A stretch of DNA of 64,000 nt from the NCBI GenBank assembly GCA_046759185.1, contig JBHIBO010000006.1, positions 992 to 64,991 on the forward strand, written 5' to 3'. This document shows positions 26,424 to 36,367 of this stretch, in pieces. A model generated the notes under the pieces. That model was not told the origin of the DNA and ran no database searches. It worked only from the letters and a program-made list of their open reading frames with translations. The DNA comes from Thermoplasmata archaeon. GTDB taxonomy: Archaea > Thermoplasmatota > Thermoplasmata > RBG-16-68-12 > JAJISG01. The position numbers and the translations under genes are program-made. Position 1 is the stretch's first letter, and every line of letters begins with the position of its first letter.

Positions 26424-26738
26424 TCACCGGTCCTTTCGACTTGTCTGGGAGCGGTCAAGACGCGCTCCGTTGAACCCGTTCCAGCGTTCCAGGTGCTTCT
26501 TCAAACGCGACAGTCCGGGGTGGTGTCGGTCCAAGAACTCAACCTTTCTCAGATACCAGACGGCGTGCTTGCGGTGGCCCTCCTCCGCGTACAGGGCTGC
26601 CAGGGCCATGAGCGCCTCAGCATCCAGGGGGTCCTCCCGCAGCTTGGCCAAGCACGCCAAGTACGCCGCCGCCTGTTCGTCCAAAGGGTGCCTCCGCCCC
26701 GCACGGGGGGAGGGCCGCCTATATACTCCACGACACAA
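26424..26738 (-). CDS. Small TPR-like hypothetical protein (start uncertain)
   Basis: L..DP.DAEAL.ALA.LY...G....A..YL.KV..LD..H pattern. Confidence 0.55.
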   Translation of the reverse strand: MCRGVYRRPSPRAGRRHPLDEQAAAYLACLAKLREDPLDAEALMALAALYAEEGHRKHAVWYLRKVEFLDRHHPGLSRLKKHLERWNGFNGARLDRSQTSRKDR

Positions 26739-26794
26739 TTCTCACGAACGGCACAATTGGTCCCATCGGGATGTGAGGCTGAGAAGGACGTCGG

Positions 26795-28150
26795 ATGAGC
26801 CTGGAAGACGAGATCCTGGACGAGATCAAGCCCACCCGCGAGGAGGTCGAGGAGACTCTTCGCATCGCGGAATCTCTCCTTCGCCTTCTCGCCGAAGATG
26901 CCCGGAAAAAGAAGATTCCCGGGCGGCCCCTTCTCGTGGGGTCCGTCGCCAAGGGAACCTACCTCAAGAACCCCGAGATCGACGCCTTCTTCGCCTTCCC
27001 CCCGGAGACCTCCCGAGCGGACCTCGAGCGGTGGGGTCTCCAATTGGGACAGGTCCTGGACAAACCCACCCTCCGATATGCTGAGCATCCCTACACTCGA
27101 GGAGTCTACCTGGGCCTCGAGGCCGACGTGGTTCCCTGTTACGAGCTCGACCGGCCCTCGGCCCGCATGACGGCGGTGGACCGGACCCCGTTCCACTACG
27201 AGTACGTGCGCGAACACATGAGCGGGCCTCAGAAGGACCAGGTCCGCCTCCTTAAGCGTTTCATGAAGGGAATCGGCACGTACGGGGCCGAGGCCCGCGT
27301 GCAGGGGTTCTCTGGCTATCTGTGCGAGCTCCTCGTACTCCGGTGGGGCGCCTTCGGAACGGTCCTGGAGGGAGGGGCTCGGTGGCACCCCCCGGTCACT
27401 CTGGAGCTGGAGACGGAGAGTCACAGAGACTTCGAGGAGCCCTTTGTCTTCGTGGACCCAGTCGACGCGGACAGGAACGCCGCCTCGGCCGTCTCCGCCC
27501 ACGCCCTCGCCACCTTCATTCTGGCCGCGAAGGCCTACCGGGATCGTCCCGACCGTCGATTCTTCTTCCCCGAGCCCGTCCGGCCCCTCTCCCTGACAGC
27601 TCTTCGAAAGGAGCTGCGGAGGCGAGGCACCTCCATCATGGGGATCACCGCCTCGGTGCCGGATTTGTCCGAGGACATCGTCTATCCCCAGCTCCGCAAG
27701 GCAGAGCAGGCCGTCCTGGCCTTCCTCAGAGGGGAGGAGTTCCGCGTCCTGCGTTCGCAGCCCTTCCTCCTCGGGGAAGCGTGGCTCATCCTCCTCGAGC
27801 TCGTGACCGGAGAGCTTCCTCCCGTTCGCAAACACCTCGGACCCCCCACGTGGCTGGACCACGCCGAGGCGTTTCGGGCGAAGTGGGAGGGATCGCCTCT
27901 GCGCGTCGCAGGTCCCTATGTCGAGGGCGAACGGCTCGTGGTGGATGTACGGAGGGAAGAGCCGAAGGCATCGGGGGCCCTGGCGAAAGGCCTCATGAAA
28001 CTGAGCCTGGGGAAGAACCTCGACCGAGCCGTCAAGGAGGCCTTTCAGGTATTGGAGGGGGAGGAGGTCGCCCGGGCCGGATACCGAGGGCCCCTCACGG
28101 AGTTCTTGAGGCGAGACCTGCCGTGGGAGGTCAGGAAGTCGCCACGATGA
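26795..28150 (+). CDS. cca: CCA-adding enzyme (class I, archaeal)
   Basis: VGS.AKGTYL...EID.F, YAEHPY, DVVPCY, AVDRTPFH, VRLLK.FMKGIG.YGAE....GFSGYLCELL, DPVD..RNAA. Confidence 0.96.
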   Translation: MSLEDEILDEIKPTREEVEETLRIAESLLRLLAEDARKKKIPGRPLLVGSVAKGTYLKNPEIDAFFAFPPETSRADLERWGLQLGQVLDKPTLRYAEHPYTRGVYLGLEADVVPCYELDRPSARMTAVDRTPFHYEYVREHMSGPQKDQVRLLKRFMKGIGTYGAEARVQGFSGYLCELLVLRWGAFGTVLEGGARWHPPVTLELETESHRDFEEPFVFVDPVDADRNAASAVSAHALATFILAAKAYRDRPDRRFFFPEPVRPLSLTALRKELRRRGTSIMGITASVPDLSEDIVYPQLRKAEQAVLAFLRGEEFRVLRSQPFLLGEAWLILLELVTGELPPVRKHLGPPTWLDHAEAFRAKWEGSPLRVAGPYVEGERLVVDVRREEPKASGALAKGLMKLSLGKNLDRAVKEAFQVLEGEEVARAGYRGPLTEFLRRDLPWEVRKSPR

Positions 28151-28814
28151 AATCGGAGCTACTCCGATGTCCCGCGCGATCGACGGCATCGATGGTTAAC
28201 GTATAGGTGCGCCCAGGCTCGGCGGGGTCTACGGTGAAGGACCATTCCGCCCCGTTCCCCGTGAACGTCATTTGACCACCCGGCTGTTCGCCCCCCCCGA
28301 CGACGACGCTGATCCGGACGTCCGCGAGCTGCTGGTTGTCCGTGACGTTGGCGAGCACCTGGAAGCTCGTAGCACCTCCGAGGGAGAGGGCGCTGAATTC
28401 GTCGGCGGCGAGGTTCACGGGGTCCCCCCCAGGCACGGCGAGGTTGTGGATCACAGGCGGCGAGACGTCGAGGAAGGGAGGGTTGAGGAGGAGGACCCAG
28501 AAGGCAAACCAGGCGAAGAGGTGGATGGCCCCGTTACCGGCCCAGAGCTTCCAATCAAACCTGGACAGGTCAACGCCGGCGAGGGGGTAGACATAGCGGA
28601 GTCCGTAGACGGCCGCGAGACCCAAGAGACCGCCGAGGGAGGCCACGCCCGCGAGGGTGAGCGCCCAGGATGCAAGGGCCACGGCAAAGGCGTACACGAT
28701 CGTAATCATCGCGGCCTTGGCCCCCTCCACCTCCCTCTTCATGAATTCGACTTCGTCGAACTCTGGGGCTTTGAACTCGAACGGTTCCTTCTTCTTCCGC
28801 TTCTTCCGGGCCAA
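28131..28814 (-). CDS. Membrane protein with C-terminal Ig-like domain
   Basis: Basic N-terminus, F..PEFDE.EF, 3 TM helices, NPPF.D.SPP, V.ANVTDN...Y...I.A.D..G. Confidence 0.75.
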   Translation of the reverse strand: MARKKRKKKEPFEFKAPEFDEVEFMKREVEGAKAAMITIVYAFAVALASWALTLAGVASLGGLLGLAAVYGLRYVYPLAGVDLSRFDWKLWAGNGAIHLFAWFAFWVLLLNPPFLDVSPPVIHNLAVPGGDPVNLAADEFSALSLGGATSFQVLANVTDNQQLADVRISVVVGGGEQPGGQMTFTGNGAEWSFTVDPAEPGRTYTLTIDAVDRAGHRSSSDFIVATS

Positions 28815-28951
28815 ACGCCTTTGGAAGGTAAGTCGGGCTTAAACCCTTTGCCGGGGCCTGGCCAGGGCCGTCGAGGTCCGATCTTCGGGGCCTGCCTTGA
28901 GAGGTTTATACCCCCTCAGGCCCTCCCTCTCGCATCGGCAAGGGGGTGCGC

Positions 28952-29128
28952 ATGGACGAACGGGGGACCGCGGAAGCCTCCTGTCTTCACGAGGAGGTCG
29001 AGTTCTTGGGCGAGGACTCCGGCCGGAATCGGTACTCGCGGTGCCGAGCCTGCGCCTCCATCCTGATCCACGACAACGTCAAGGTCTGGGTCCTCCGGCC
29101 CGGGGGACCCCTTGAACCCCACGAATAA
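28952..29128 (+). CDS. Small putative Zn-ribbon protein
   Basis: C.H....LG......Y.RCxxC...LI motif; GGGGTG before ATG; TTTATA box upstream. Confidence 0.6.
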   Translation: MDERGTAEASCLHEEVEFLGEDSGRNRYSRCRACASILIHDNVKVWVLRPGGPLEPHE

Positions 29129-29185
29129 GTCGGGTATATTCACAGAATTTATGCCCTATTACGATATATACCATATGGGTTCGCC

Positions 29186-30250
29186 ATGGAGAGCCGCAAA
29201 ATCCAGAAGGTAGGCGTCTCGACCCTGACCATCTCCCTCCCCAAGGAGTGGACCGAGGCGCAGGAGCTGCAGAAGGGCGATCAGGTCTTTCTCGAGCGTG
29301 AAGGGGACTCCCTCCGGCTGTTGGCGCCGGACGGTGCGCGCCGGAGGCTCGAGCGCCCCACACCCGACTACATTATCGACGCCGAGGCGATGGCGGAGCC
29401 GGGGATGCTCAGCCGTGTCGTGGTTGGGAACTACGTCCTGGGGCGCGAGCGGCTGGTCATCCGGTCGTCCACCCGTCTGAGCAGCGCCCACCTCGAGGAG
29501 CTGCGCGAGGTGGTTCGGCGCCTCATGGGCCTGGGCATCCTCGAGGAGACGGGGCGTCAAGCGGTCCTTCAGTGCTCCATCGAGCCCTCTAAGTTCCCCA
29601 TGGACTCCCTGATCAAGCGACTCTACAACCTGGGGAAGACGATGCTCCATGACGCCGTGGAGGCCCTCGTCACCCAGGACAGGTCCCTCGCCGAGGACGC
29701 CCTCCGGCGCGAGGACGACGCGGACATGATCTATTGGCTCCTGGTCCGATTGGTCCTCTCTGCGCAGCAGGACGACTCACTCGTCACGAAGCTGGGCATG
29801 GAGAACCGGCTGAACAACGCCGGGTACCGCCTCATCGCCAAGGAACTCGAGACCGTGGCCGACTGCGCGGCCACGGTAGCCAACGCGGTCCTGCACCTCC
29901 TGGATGAGGAGGCAAAGATCCCGCCACGCATCCTCGGCTCCTTGGCGGACCATGCCCAGGGGGCCGCAGGGCTTTACGGAGATGGGCTGGCTGCCCTCAT
30001 CACTCGCGACTTGAAGCTCGCCAACCGGACCGCGGATGCGAGTCGGGAGCTCGAGGGACGCCTGGCCGACTTCATGACACACGTGTTTGGACAGGTCCGG
30101 AAACCGGAGACTCTAGTCGACCTGAGGACCATCGTGGGCAACCTCTCTCGCATCTGTGAGTACTCCCACTCCATCTCCAACATTGCCTTCAATCGTTACC
30201 TCGAGCGGTCGACGGCCCTCTGTCGCGCTGTCGTGCCTGAAGAGGCCTGA
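29186..30250 (+). CDS. PhoU-family regulator with N-terminal AbrB domain
   Basis: ESRKIQ.VG.ST..ISLPKEW......KGD; two PhoU helical repeats (EDDAD, KELE.VAD). Confidence 0.88.
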   Translation: MESRKIQKVGVSTLTISLPKEWTEAQELQKGDQVFLEREGDSLRLLAPDGARRRLERPTPDYIIDAEAMAEPGMLSRVVVGNYVLGRERLVIRSSTRLSSAHLEELREVVRRLMGLGILEETGRQAVLQCSIEPSKFPMDSLIKRLYNLGKTMLHDAVEALVTQDRSLAEDALRREDDADMIYWLLVRLVLSAQQDDSLVTKLGMENRLNNAGYRLIAKELETVADCAATVANAVLHLLDEEAKIPPRILGSLADHAQGAAGLYGDGLAALITRDLKLANRTADASRELEGRLADFMTHVFGQVRKPETLVDLRTIVGNLSRICEYSHSISNIAFNRYLERSTALCRAVVPEEA

Positions 30251-30297
30251 CCCGGACTCAAAAAGGGTTAAATCACCCGAGTCGGGTCTCGCCCTTC

Positions 30298-30573
30298 ATG
30301 GCAGACAAGGGACGAACCGAGATTCCGAAGCGCGCCATCGCCTTTTTCGTGGCCATCGGCATCCTTCTACTCTGGCTCGGACTCCTCCTAATCACGTTGA
30401 ACGGAACGACCCTCCGCGATGCCGGTGTAATTCTCGGCATCACGGGGGCACTCTTCGCCTTCGTCGTCGCCCTCGGGGGAGCCCTGGGCAGCAAGCGAAC
30501 AACGGACTACCAGAATCTCGGACTCCTCATCGTGGCGGCAGCCCTACTCCTGGTGGCCGTAGGCCTGGTGTAG
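30298..30573 (+). CDS. Small membrane protein (3 TM)
   Basis: Three hydrophobic helices; GGTTAAAT box ~25 nt upstream. Confidence 0.7.
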   Translation: MADKGRTEIPKRAIAFFVAIGILLLWLGLLLITLNGTTLRDAGVILGITGALFAFVVALGGALGSKRTTDYQNLGLLIVAAALLLVAVGLV

Positions 30574-30576
30574 CCC

Positions 30577-31431
30577 CTAGCTGAGTTCCTGAAGACCCTG
30601 GGCGACCTCCGGGGCGACCGAGACCGCGCTGTACTCGCTCGAGACGGTGTCCGTGGCCACCACTGTCCCGAAGACGTTGAGACGCTCCTTCGCCCCGCCT
30701 ACAAAGAGTCCATGAACGCAACCCGCGACGAGGGCCTTGGAGCCTTGATCCTTGACGATCCGCGCGGCGCTGACCATGGTGCCGCCCGTGGACACGACGT
30801 CGTCCACGATGGCGACGTGGCGACCCTGGACCTCCAGGGCCTTCTCTTCCGTCTCGACCGTCCAGCTGTCGAGCCGCTCCTTCTTCAGGTAGTCCCACGG
30901 GATCTGCATGAGGTCGCCGACCGTCTGAGCGTGACGCGCCGCGTTCTCGTCCGGTGCTAGGACCATTTCCACCCCCAGTTCTTCGAAACGTCGCGCGAGG
31001 GCAGGCATGCCGGTGACGTCGAGGGCCGGGATGTCGAAGTAGTCCATCACGCGCTCGTTGTGTACGTCCACCGTGACCAAAGCGTCCGCACCAAGCTCCA
31101 GGCGCTTTGCCACCGCCCGGGAGCTGATGGCCTCTCCGGGTTGGAACCGTTTGTCCTGTCGGCCGTACCCGAAGTATGGGACCACCACCGTAACGCGGCC
31201 TGGGGCGGCATCTCCGAGGGCGTCCTGCAGGAGGAAGAGCTCGAGAAGCTTGTCGTTGGGATAGGTCGTCTGGACCAGGGCGAGCTCCTCTCCCGCCACC
31301 TCGTCTGGCACGCGCACGTGAAGCTCCCCATCGGCAAACGTCCGGACCTCTGCGACGACGAGATCGGCGGAGAGCTTCCGGGCCAGCTCCCTTGCCAGCG
31401 GGACCGAGGCAGAGCCGCTCACGACCTTCAC
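30577..31431 (-). CDS. prs: Ribose-phosphate pyrophosphokinase
   Basis: FADGE..VR, PYFGYGRQDKRF..GE, VDVH, APD, VDDVVSTGGT, HGLF. Confidence 0.95.
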   Translation of the reverse strand: MKVVSGSASVPLARELARKLSADLVVAEVRTFADGELHVRVPDEVAGEELALVQTTYPNDKLLELFLLQDALGDAAPGRVTVVVPYFGYGRQDKRFQPGEAISSRAVAKRLELGADALVTVDVHNERVMDYFDIPALDVTGMPALARRFEELGVEMVLAPDENAARHAQTVGDLMQIPWDYLKKERLDSWTVETEEKALEVQGRHVAIVDDVVSTGGTMVSAARIVKDQGSKALVAGCVHGLFVGGAKERLNVFGTVVATDTVSSEYSAVSVAPEVAQGLQELS

Positions 31432-31462
31432 AGGACGACCCGTGGGGAGAAAGGGTCCGTAA

Positions 31463-32065
31463 TTATAGGTTGCTTCGGGGGTTCGGGTTCCCCCTGTCGG
31501 ACCTCAGGCGTAGCCCGTAGACGGTGATGTCCTCGAAGAAGAGAGCCTCCGTCGCCAACTCTTCCGTCTTGAAGGCAGTCCGTGCCACGCGGAGGCCTTC
31601 TCGGTTCTGAGCGGACAGGAGCAGGTACATGACCCCCCCTTCGGCCAGGTACCCGGGTGCATCACGGAGGAAGCGGAGTACGACCTCGTCGCCACCCATC
31701 CCCCCGCTCCACGCATGGTCGAGCCACTCGCCCCGGGGGTTGAGAGGAAGGTAGGGAGGATTGAACGCGATGACATCGAAGGACCCATGGAGCCCTTGGA
31801 AGAGATCTGCACGGATGACATGGAGGGGCAGGCCGTTCCGCTGGGCGTTGGCTCGGGCGAGGGACACGGCGAACGGGCTGATGTCCGTGGCCACGGTCCG
31901 AACGGCCCGGGCTGCATGGAGGGCAATGAGGCCTGTGCCCGTCCCGATTTCCAGGAAGGAGGAGGTTTGCGCGATGTCAATCGCACGAAGGAGGAGGTAG
32001 CTGTCTTCCGCGGGGCGGTAGACTTGGTTATCCTCCTTGACATGGATTGCGGGGTCCAGCTCCAC
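31463..32065 (-). CDS. HemK2/PrmC-related N5-glutamine methyltransferase
   Basis: VY.PAEDSYLL, LEIGTGTG, FNPPYLP, GG..G. Confidence 0.9.
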   Translation of the reverse strand: MELDPAIHVKEDNQVYRPAEDSYLLLRAIDIAQTSSFLEIGTGTGLIALHAARAVRTVATDISPFAVSLARANAQRNGLPLHVIRADLFQGLHGSFDVIAFNPPYLPLNPRGEWLDHAWSGGMGGDEVVLRFLRDAPGYLAEGGVMYLLLSAQNREGLRVARTAFKTEELATEALFFEDITVYGLRLRSDRGNPNPRSNL

Positions 32066-32115
32066 GTCATTCCAGCTCGGCCAAGGTTCATAACAGTTCC
32101 TCGCCTGGTTTTGAC

Positions 32116-33003
32116 GTGCTCTGGATCGTCCTTCTCGTTCTGGCTGTGGCCGCCGCCAGCTTCCTCTATCCCCTCCTCCGGAAGAGCTACTTCACCGCCT
32201 CTCTCGTCCTCGCGAACCTCGGCCTCTTTCTGTTCCTCTTCCTGCTCCTCAGCTTCAGCACCGATCCGGCCCTGGTGGCCTTCGTCAGGGAAAACCTCCT
32301 GTTCAAACCCCAGGACCTCGTGGAATTCCGCCCTTGGACCCTCATCACGAGCATGTTCCTCCACGCGAGCGTCCTCCACGTGGTCTTCAACATCCTCTTC
32401 CTCTACCTCCTGGGACTCCCCCTCGAGGATCGAATCGGGGGCCGCGCCTTCGCCAGTCTCTATCTCGCGGCCGGCCTCGCGGCCTCGCTTCTCTTCGCCC
32501 TGGTGGAGTGGGGGAGCCCCGTGCCTGCCCTCGGGGCCTCGGGAGCCATCATGGGCATCGCCGGCGCCTTCCTCGCGTTGTATCCGCGGGAGCGGATTTT
32601 CTTCATCCTGTTCATCCTCATCCTCCCCCGAGTACGCGTTTTCCTGGCCGTCGGCGTAGTGATTCTCGGCGAGGCCCTGCTCCTCTTCTTCGGGGTGCAA
32701 GACGGCGTCGCCCACGCGGCCCACATGGGAGGGATTGGCTTCGGCATCGCGATGGCATCCCTGATTCGTGGCCGCAAGCAGCGCGCAGCAGCCCCCCTCC
32801 CCGCCCTCGCCTTGGACGACCTGGCGACGACGGAAGAGCTCCGCGGCATTCTCTCCCGGATCCAGGAGGAAAGCGTGGGGGAGGTCCGAGACGCCTGGGT
32901 CGACCACTTCCTCGAGAAGGCCCGATGTCCCCAATGCCGGGGGCGCCTCCACCGCAAGGGCCAGGTCGTCACTAGCGATTGTGGCTGGGAACGACATGTC
33001 TGA
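32116..33003 (+). CDS. Rhomboid intramembrane serine protease with C-terminal Zn ribbon
   Basis: WTLITSMFLH...H..FN, LE..IG, GASGAI.G, VAH.AH.GG; CPQC...CGW tail; start uncertain. Confidence 0.9.
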   Translation: MLWIVLLVLAVAAASFLYPLLRKSYFTASLVLANLGLFLFLFLLLSFSTDPALVAFVRENLLFKPQDLVEFRPWTLITSMFLHASVLHVVFNILFLYLLGLPLEDRIGGRAFASLYLAAGLAASLLFALVEWGSPVPALGASGAIMGIAGAFLALYPRERIFFILFILILPRVRVFLAVGVVILGEALLLFFGVQDGVAHAAHMGGIGFGIAMASLIRGRKQRAAAPLPALALDDLATTEELRGILSRIQEESVGEVRDAWVDHFLEKARCPQCRGRLHRKGQVVTSDCGWERHV

Positions 33004-33045
33004 CCTTCGACTGCCTTATACCCTCACCTCGATTATGGAACCGGG

Positions 33046-33666
33046 ATGGAGCCCCCGAGCGCCCTCCACCTGGATTGTCCCAACTGCGGGCGGGGACCCC
33101 ATCGCGTCCTCCGGGGTCGCGTCTCCCGAGGTCGAGAACTCGTTCTCGAAGGGGTGTTCCGCTGTCTCCGTTGCGGTAACACTCGCAGCGAGACGTACCG
33201 GGACTGGGCTCCCCTCCCGATTCCCCTAGTGCTCAGCGATGGGAGCGCCTCGCGGCGGGTCACGGTTGACCTCTTTCCCGGCGAGGAGGTCCGGGTAGGG
33301 GACATCATAGAGGCGGACGGACGGAGCGTACGTATCACCGCCATCGACACAGGGGAGAAGCGGGTCAGAGAGGCCCCCGTGGAGGCGATTACCACCCTCT
33401 GGAGCCAACAGGCCGACCGGTTGACCGTCAAGTTCTCGCTGAACAAGGGCCGGAGGACGGTGCCCTACGAGGTCCCCGCGCCGCCCGAGGAGGAGTTCGC
33501 GGTCGGCGATCTTGTCCACCTCGGCCGGGACTCCGGAGTCATTCACCGGATCAAGACGCTGCGAGGAACCGTCCGAGATGGAGCGGTCCAGGCCCAGGAC
33601 ATCGTACGTGTGTACTGCCGGACTGTCCGCCGGCCCCGTTCGTACCGAAGGGCGCGGAGAGGGTGA
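33046..33666 (+). CDS. Archaeal Zn-finger protein (HVO_0476-like)
   Basis: CPNC....H.VL...C..CG; ..VGD.I......V.ITAI; EEF.VGD; A.DI.RVY; next to pcm. Confidence 0.75.
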   Translation: MEPPSALHLDCPNCGRGPHRVLRGRVSRGRELVLEGVFRCLRCGNTRSETYRDWAPLPIPLVLSDGSASRRVTVDLFPGEEVRVGDIIEADGRSVRITAIDTGEKRVREAPVEAITTLWSQQADRLTVKFSLNKGRRTVPYEVPAPPEEEFAVGDLVHLGRDSGVIHRIKTLRGTVRDGAVQAQDIVRVYCRTVRRPRSYRRARRG

Positions 33667-34323
33667 ATGGCCGACGAGTTCGAGGAGAGACGAGGCCGGA
33701 TGGTGGAGCGGCTCGTCCAGAACGGTGTCCTCCAGACCCCCCGGGTCATCGAAGCCATGCGGGCCGTCCCCAGGCACCTCTTTGTCCCGCGGCGACTGCG
33801 GGAGAGTGCGTACTACGATACGCCCCTGGGCATCGGCTCCGGTCAGACCATTTCCGCCCCTCACATGGTGGGAATGATGCTGGAATACCTGGACCTGAAG
33901 GGGGGTCAGCGCGTCCTCGAGATCGGGGGTGGATCCGGATACCACGCCGCCTTGGTGGCCCACGTCGTAGGCCCGGAGGGGCAGGTATTCGCAATCGAAC
34001 GCATCGGCTCCCTAGCCAAGAAGGCGCGGGCCCGCATCGAGACCCTTGGCCTGGGGGATCGGATTAAGGTCCTGGTACGGGACGGTTCGCGGGGACTGGC
34101 GGAGCAAGCGCCCTTCGACCGGATCTTCGTCTCCTGCGGCGCGCCCGAGATCCCGCCGCCCCTCGTGGACAACCTGCGGGAGGGAGGCAAGCTCCTCGTC
34201 CCCGTCGGAACCCGCTACTTCCAGGACCTCGTCCTCGGGGAGAAGGCGGGCGAAGAGCTGCGGACACGAAACTTGGGTGGCGTGGTGTTCGTCCCTCTCG
34301 TCGGCGAGCATGGCTTCGATTGA
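33667..34323 (+). CDS. pcm: Protein-L-isoaspartate O-methyltransferase
   Basis: VPRHLFVP, AY.D.PL.IG.GQTISAPHMV, VLEIG.GSGY.AA, APFDRI, FVPL.G. Confidence 0.95.
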   Translation: MADEFEERRGRMVERLVQNGVLQTPRVIEAMRAVPRHLFVPRRLRESAYYDTPLGIGSGQTISAPHMVGMMLEYLDLKGGQRVLEIGGGSGYHAALVAHVVGPEGQVFAIERIGSLAKKARARIETLGLGDRIKVLVRDGSRGLAEQAPFDRIFVSCGAPEIPPPLVDNLREGGKLLVPVGTRYFQDLVLGEKAGEELRTRNLGGVVFVPLVGEHGFD

Positions 34324-34379
34324 AACGGTGAATCGCGGTCCCCGAGGTTTTTAGCCTCCCTTCACCGTCTTACCATGGG

Positions 34380-35048
34380 ATGATCACCCTCCTGGGGGTG
34401 GGCCACGTCTTCCTGCTCGGTCCGCGCATCGACCAGGAGATGGAGCGGCGGCGGCCCGACCTCATCGCCCTCGAACTCGATCCCATCCGGCTGCAGGCAT
34501 TGAAGGACCCTGACCGTGTCAGGCGGACACCGGGTGTGTATAGTCTCCTGGCGACGTTCCAGCGCCGCATCGCGGAGGAGTACGGAGCGGATGTGGGCGG
34601 GGAGATGCTAGCCGCCTACACCGCAGGGAATCGCCTGGGGATCCCCGTGGCCCTCATCGATCTCGACTCGCGTCGCACCTGGCGGGACTTCCTGACCTCC
34701 CTCCGTCCCTGGGAATTCCTGAAGCTTCTCTTCTCGGCCTTGGGATCCATTTTCGTGGGACGCGAACAGGTCGAACAGGAACTGCAGCGGTACCAGGAGG
34801 ACTACGCCGGGTTCATGGAGGCCTTGGCAAGGGACTACCCGGCCGTCAAGGCAGTCCTCGTGGACCGGAGGAACAGCCACATGGCGAACGAGCTTAAGCG
34901 CCTTCATGGGACCTACGATCACATCGTGGCCATCGTCGGGGACGGCCACGTCCTGGGGCTCTCGACCCTCTTGGAGGGCGAGGACGTGGAGGTGGTCCGT
35001 CTCTGGGAGCTTCGGGAACCGGAGCCGACATCGGCGCACGATGCGTAG
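34380..35048 (+). CDS. TraB/PrgY-like domain protein
   Basis: LLGVGHV, PD.IALELD..R, G.EM..A, LID, L...RN..MA, VAIVG.GH. Confidence 0.8.
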   Translation: MITLLGVGHVFLLGPRIDQEMERRRPDLIALELDPIRLQALKDPDRVRRTPGVYSLLATFQRRIAEEYGADVGGEMLAAYTAGNRLGIPVALIDLDSRRTWRDFLTSLRPWEFLKLLFSALGSIFVGREQVEQELQRYQEDYAGFMEALARDYPAVKAVLVDRRNSHMANELKRLHGTYDHIVAIVGDGHVLGLSTLLEGEDVEVVRLWELREPEPTSAHDA

Positions 35049-35125
35049 GCTGCCCCGGATGGCGGTCCGCCACCTTCGGTACCCTCTCCCGTCAACTCTT
35101 AAGGGAGGCCTCGCAATGGACAGCT

Positions 35126-36367
35126 GTGGGTGAGGAGGAGAAGCAGCAGACCACCCTCCGGTATCTCCAGGCGAAGTTTGCCCAGTACTACCAGACCCAC
35201 CCCCTGCGCCTCCCGCCTCGCTTCGGCCGCCGTGAGTTTGGGTTCATCCTCTTCGAGGGCGGTTTCGTGCTCCGCCACCTGGGCTTTCCCAAGGAGGACG
35301 AGCTGTATCGGTACATCCAGGCCAAGTCCCCCGCCCACATCTACCATTCCGCCGCCTACTACGAGACCCCTGGGGCACCGACCATGGGGGAGAAGGGATG
35401 GATGGGCGCGGATCTCGTCTTCGATCTGGATGCGGACCACATCCCCGGATGGCAGAAGCTGGGGTATCCGGGCATGCTCGAGGCGGTGAAGGACCAGGTC
35501 ATCCGCCTGATCGATGACTTCCTCCTGACGGACCTCGGCTTTCGGGAGGAGGACCTCCAGATCGCCTTCTCCGGGGCCCGAGGCTATCACATCCACGTCC
35601 GGGACCCTCGGGTCTCCACCTTGGAGAGCCACGAGCGGCGCGAGATCGTGGATTACATAACAGGGACGGGCCTGGACCTGGGACTGGTCGCTCGTCGGGA
35701 GCCCTTCGAGGAGCGGACCTTCGGCGACAAGACGCGGACCCTGAAACGTTTCCGCATCCCCGCGGCTTCCGACCCGGGGTGGCGGGGACGCACGACCCAG
35801 GGCGTCCTGCGATGGCTGGAGACCCTTGCTGAATTATCAGAAGAGGAAGCCCTCGAGGCCCTGCAAGAACTCGACGGCGTGGGACCCAAACGGGCCCACC
35901 AGATCTACGCCACCCTGCAGCGACTCGGGAGGGACAACACGCGAACTCGGGTGGAGGCGGGTCTCCTCGAGTTCTTCCCTCCGGGGAGCGGTCCCTCCCT
36001 CGTGGCGCAGGGGGTGGAGTACGCCAAGGGGGCCACGGACGAGCCTGTGACCTCGGACACGAAACGCCTCATTCGACTCATGGGCAGCCTCCACGGCAAG
36101 ACCGGGTTCGTCGTCGTGCCCCTGACCCGCGACGCGTTGGATGCCTTCGACCCCCTCACCGATGCCGTCCCGGCCCTCTACAGCCACGAGAAGATCCGCA
36201 TCGAGACGTCCCAGGCTATTGATACTGATATGATGGGCGAAACCTTTAATTTGGGACCTGGGCAGAACAGCGTCCCCGAATATCTGGCTATCTTCCTCAT
36301 GTGCCGGGGAATGGCCACCCTAGCCTCGGGGACAACCGGCGATGCAACCCAAGGAGGGCCTACCTAA
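35126..36367 (+). CDS. priS: DNA primase small (catalytic) subunit
   Basis: REFGF, Y.SAAYY..P, KGW.GADLVFDLDADH, FSG.RGYHIH, DEPVT.D.KRLIR..GSLHGKTG. Confidence 0.95.
   Translation: MGEEEKQQTTLRYLQAKFAQYYQTHPLRLPPRFGRREFGFILFEGGFVLRHLGFPKEDELYRYIQAKSPAHIYHSAAYYETPGAPTMGEKGWMGADLVFDLDADHIPGWQKLGYPGMLEAVKDQVIRLIDDFLLTDLGFREEDLQIAFSGARGYHIHVRDPRVSTLESHERREIVDYITGTGLDLGLVARREPFEERTFGDKTRTLKRFRIPAASDPGWRGRTTQGVLRWLETLAELSEEEALEALQELDGVGPKRAHQIYATLQRLGRDNTRTRVEAGLLEFFPPGSGPSLVAQGVEYAKGATDEPVTSDTKRLIRLMGSLHGKTGFVVVPLTRDALDAFDPLTDAVPALYSHEKIRIETSQAIDTDMMGETFNLGPGQNSVPEYLAIFLMCRGMATLASGTTGDATQGGPT

Noticed and set aside
29134..29172. GGTATAT...ATATACC inverted repeat upstream of the PhoU-family regulator
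   Set aside because: Long spacer and overlap with TATA-like sequence; cannot be distinguished from ordinary promoter composition.
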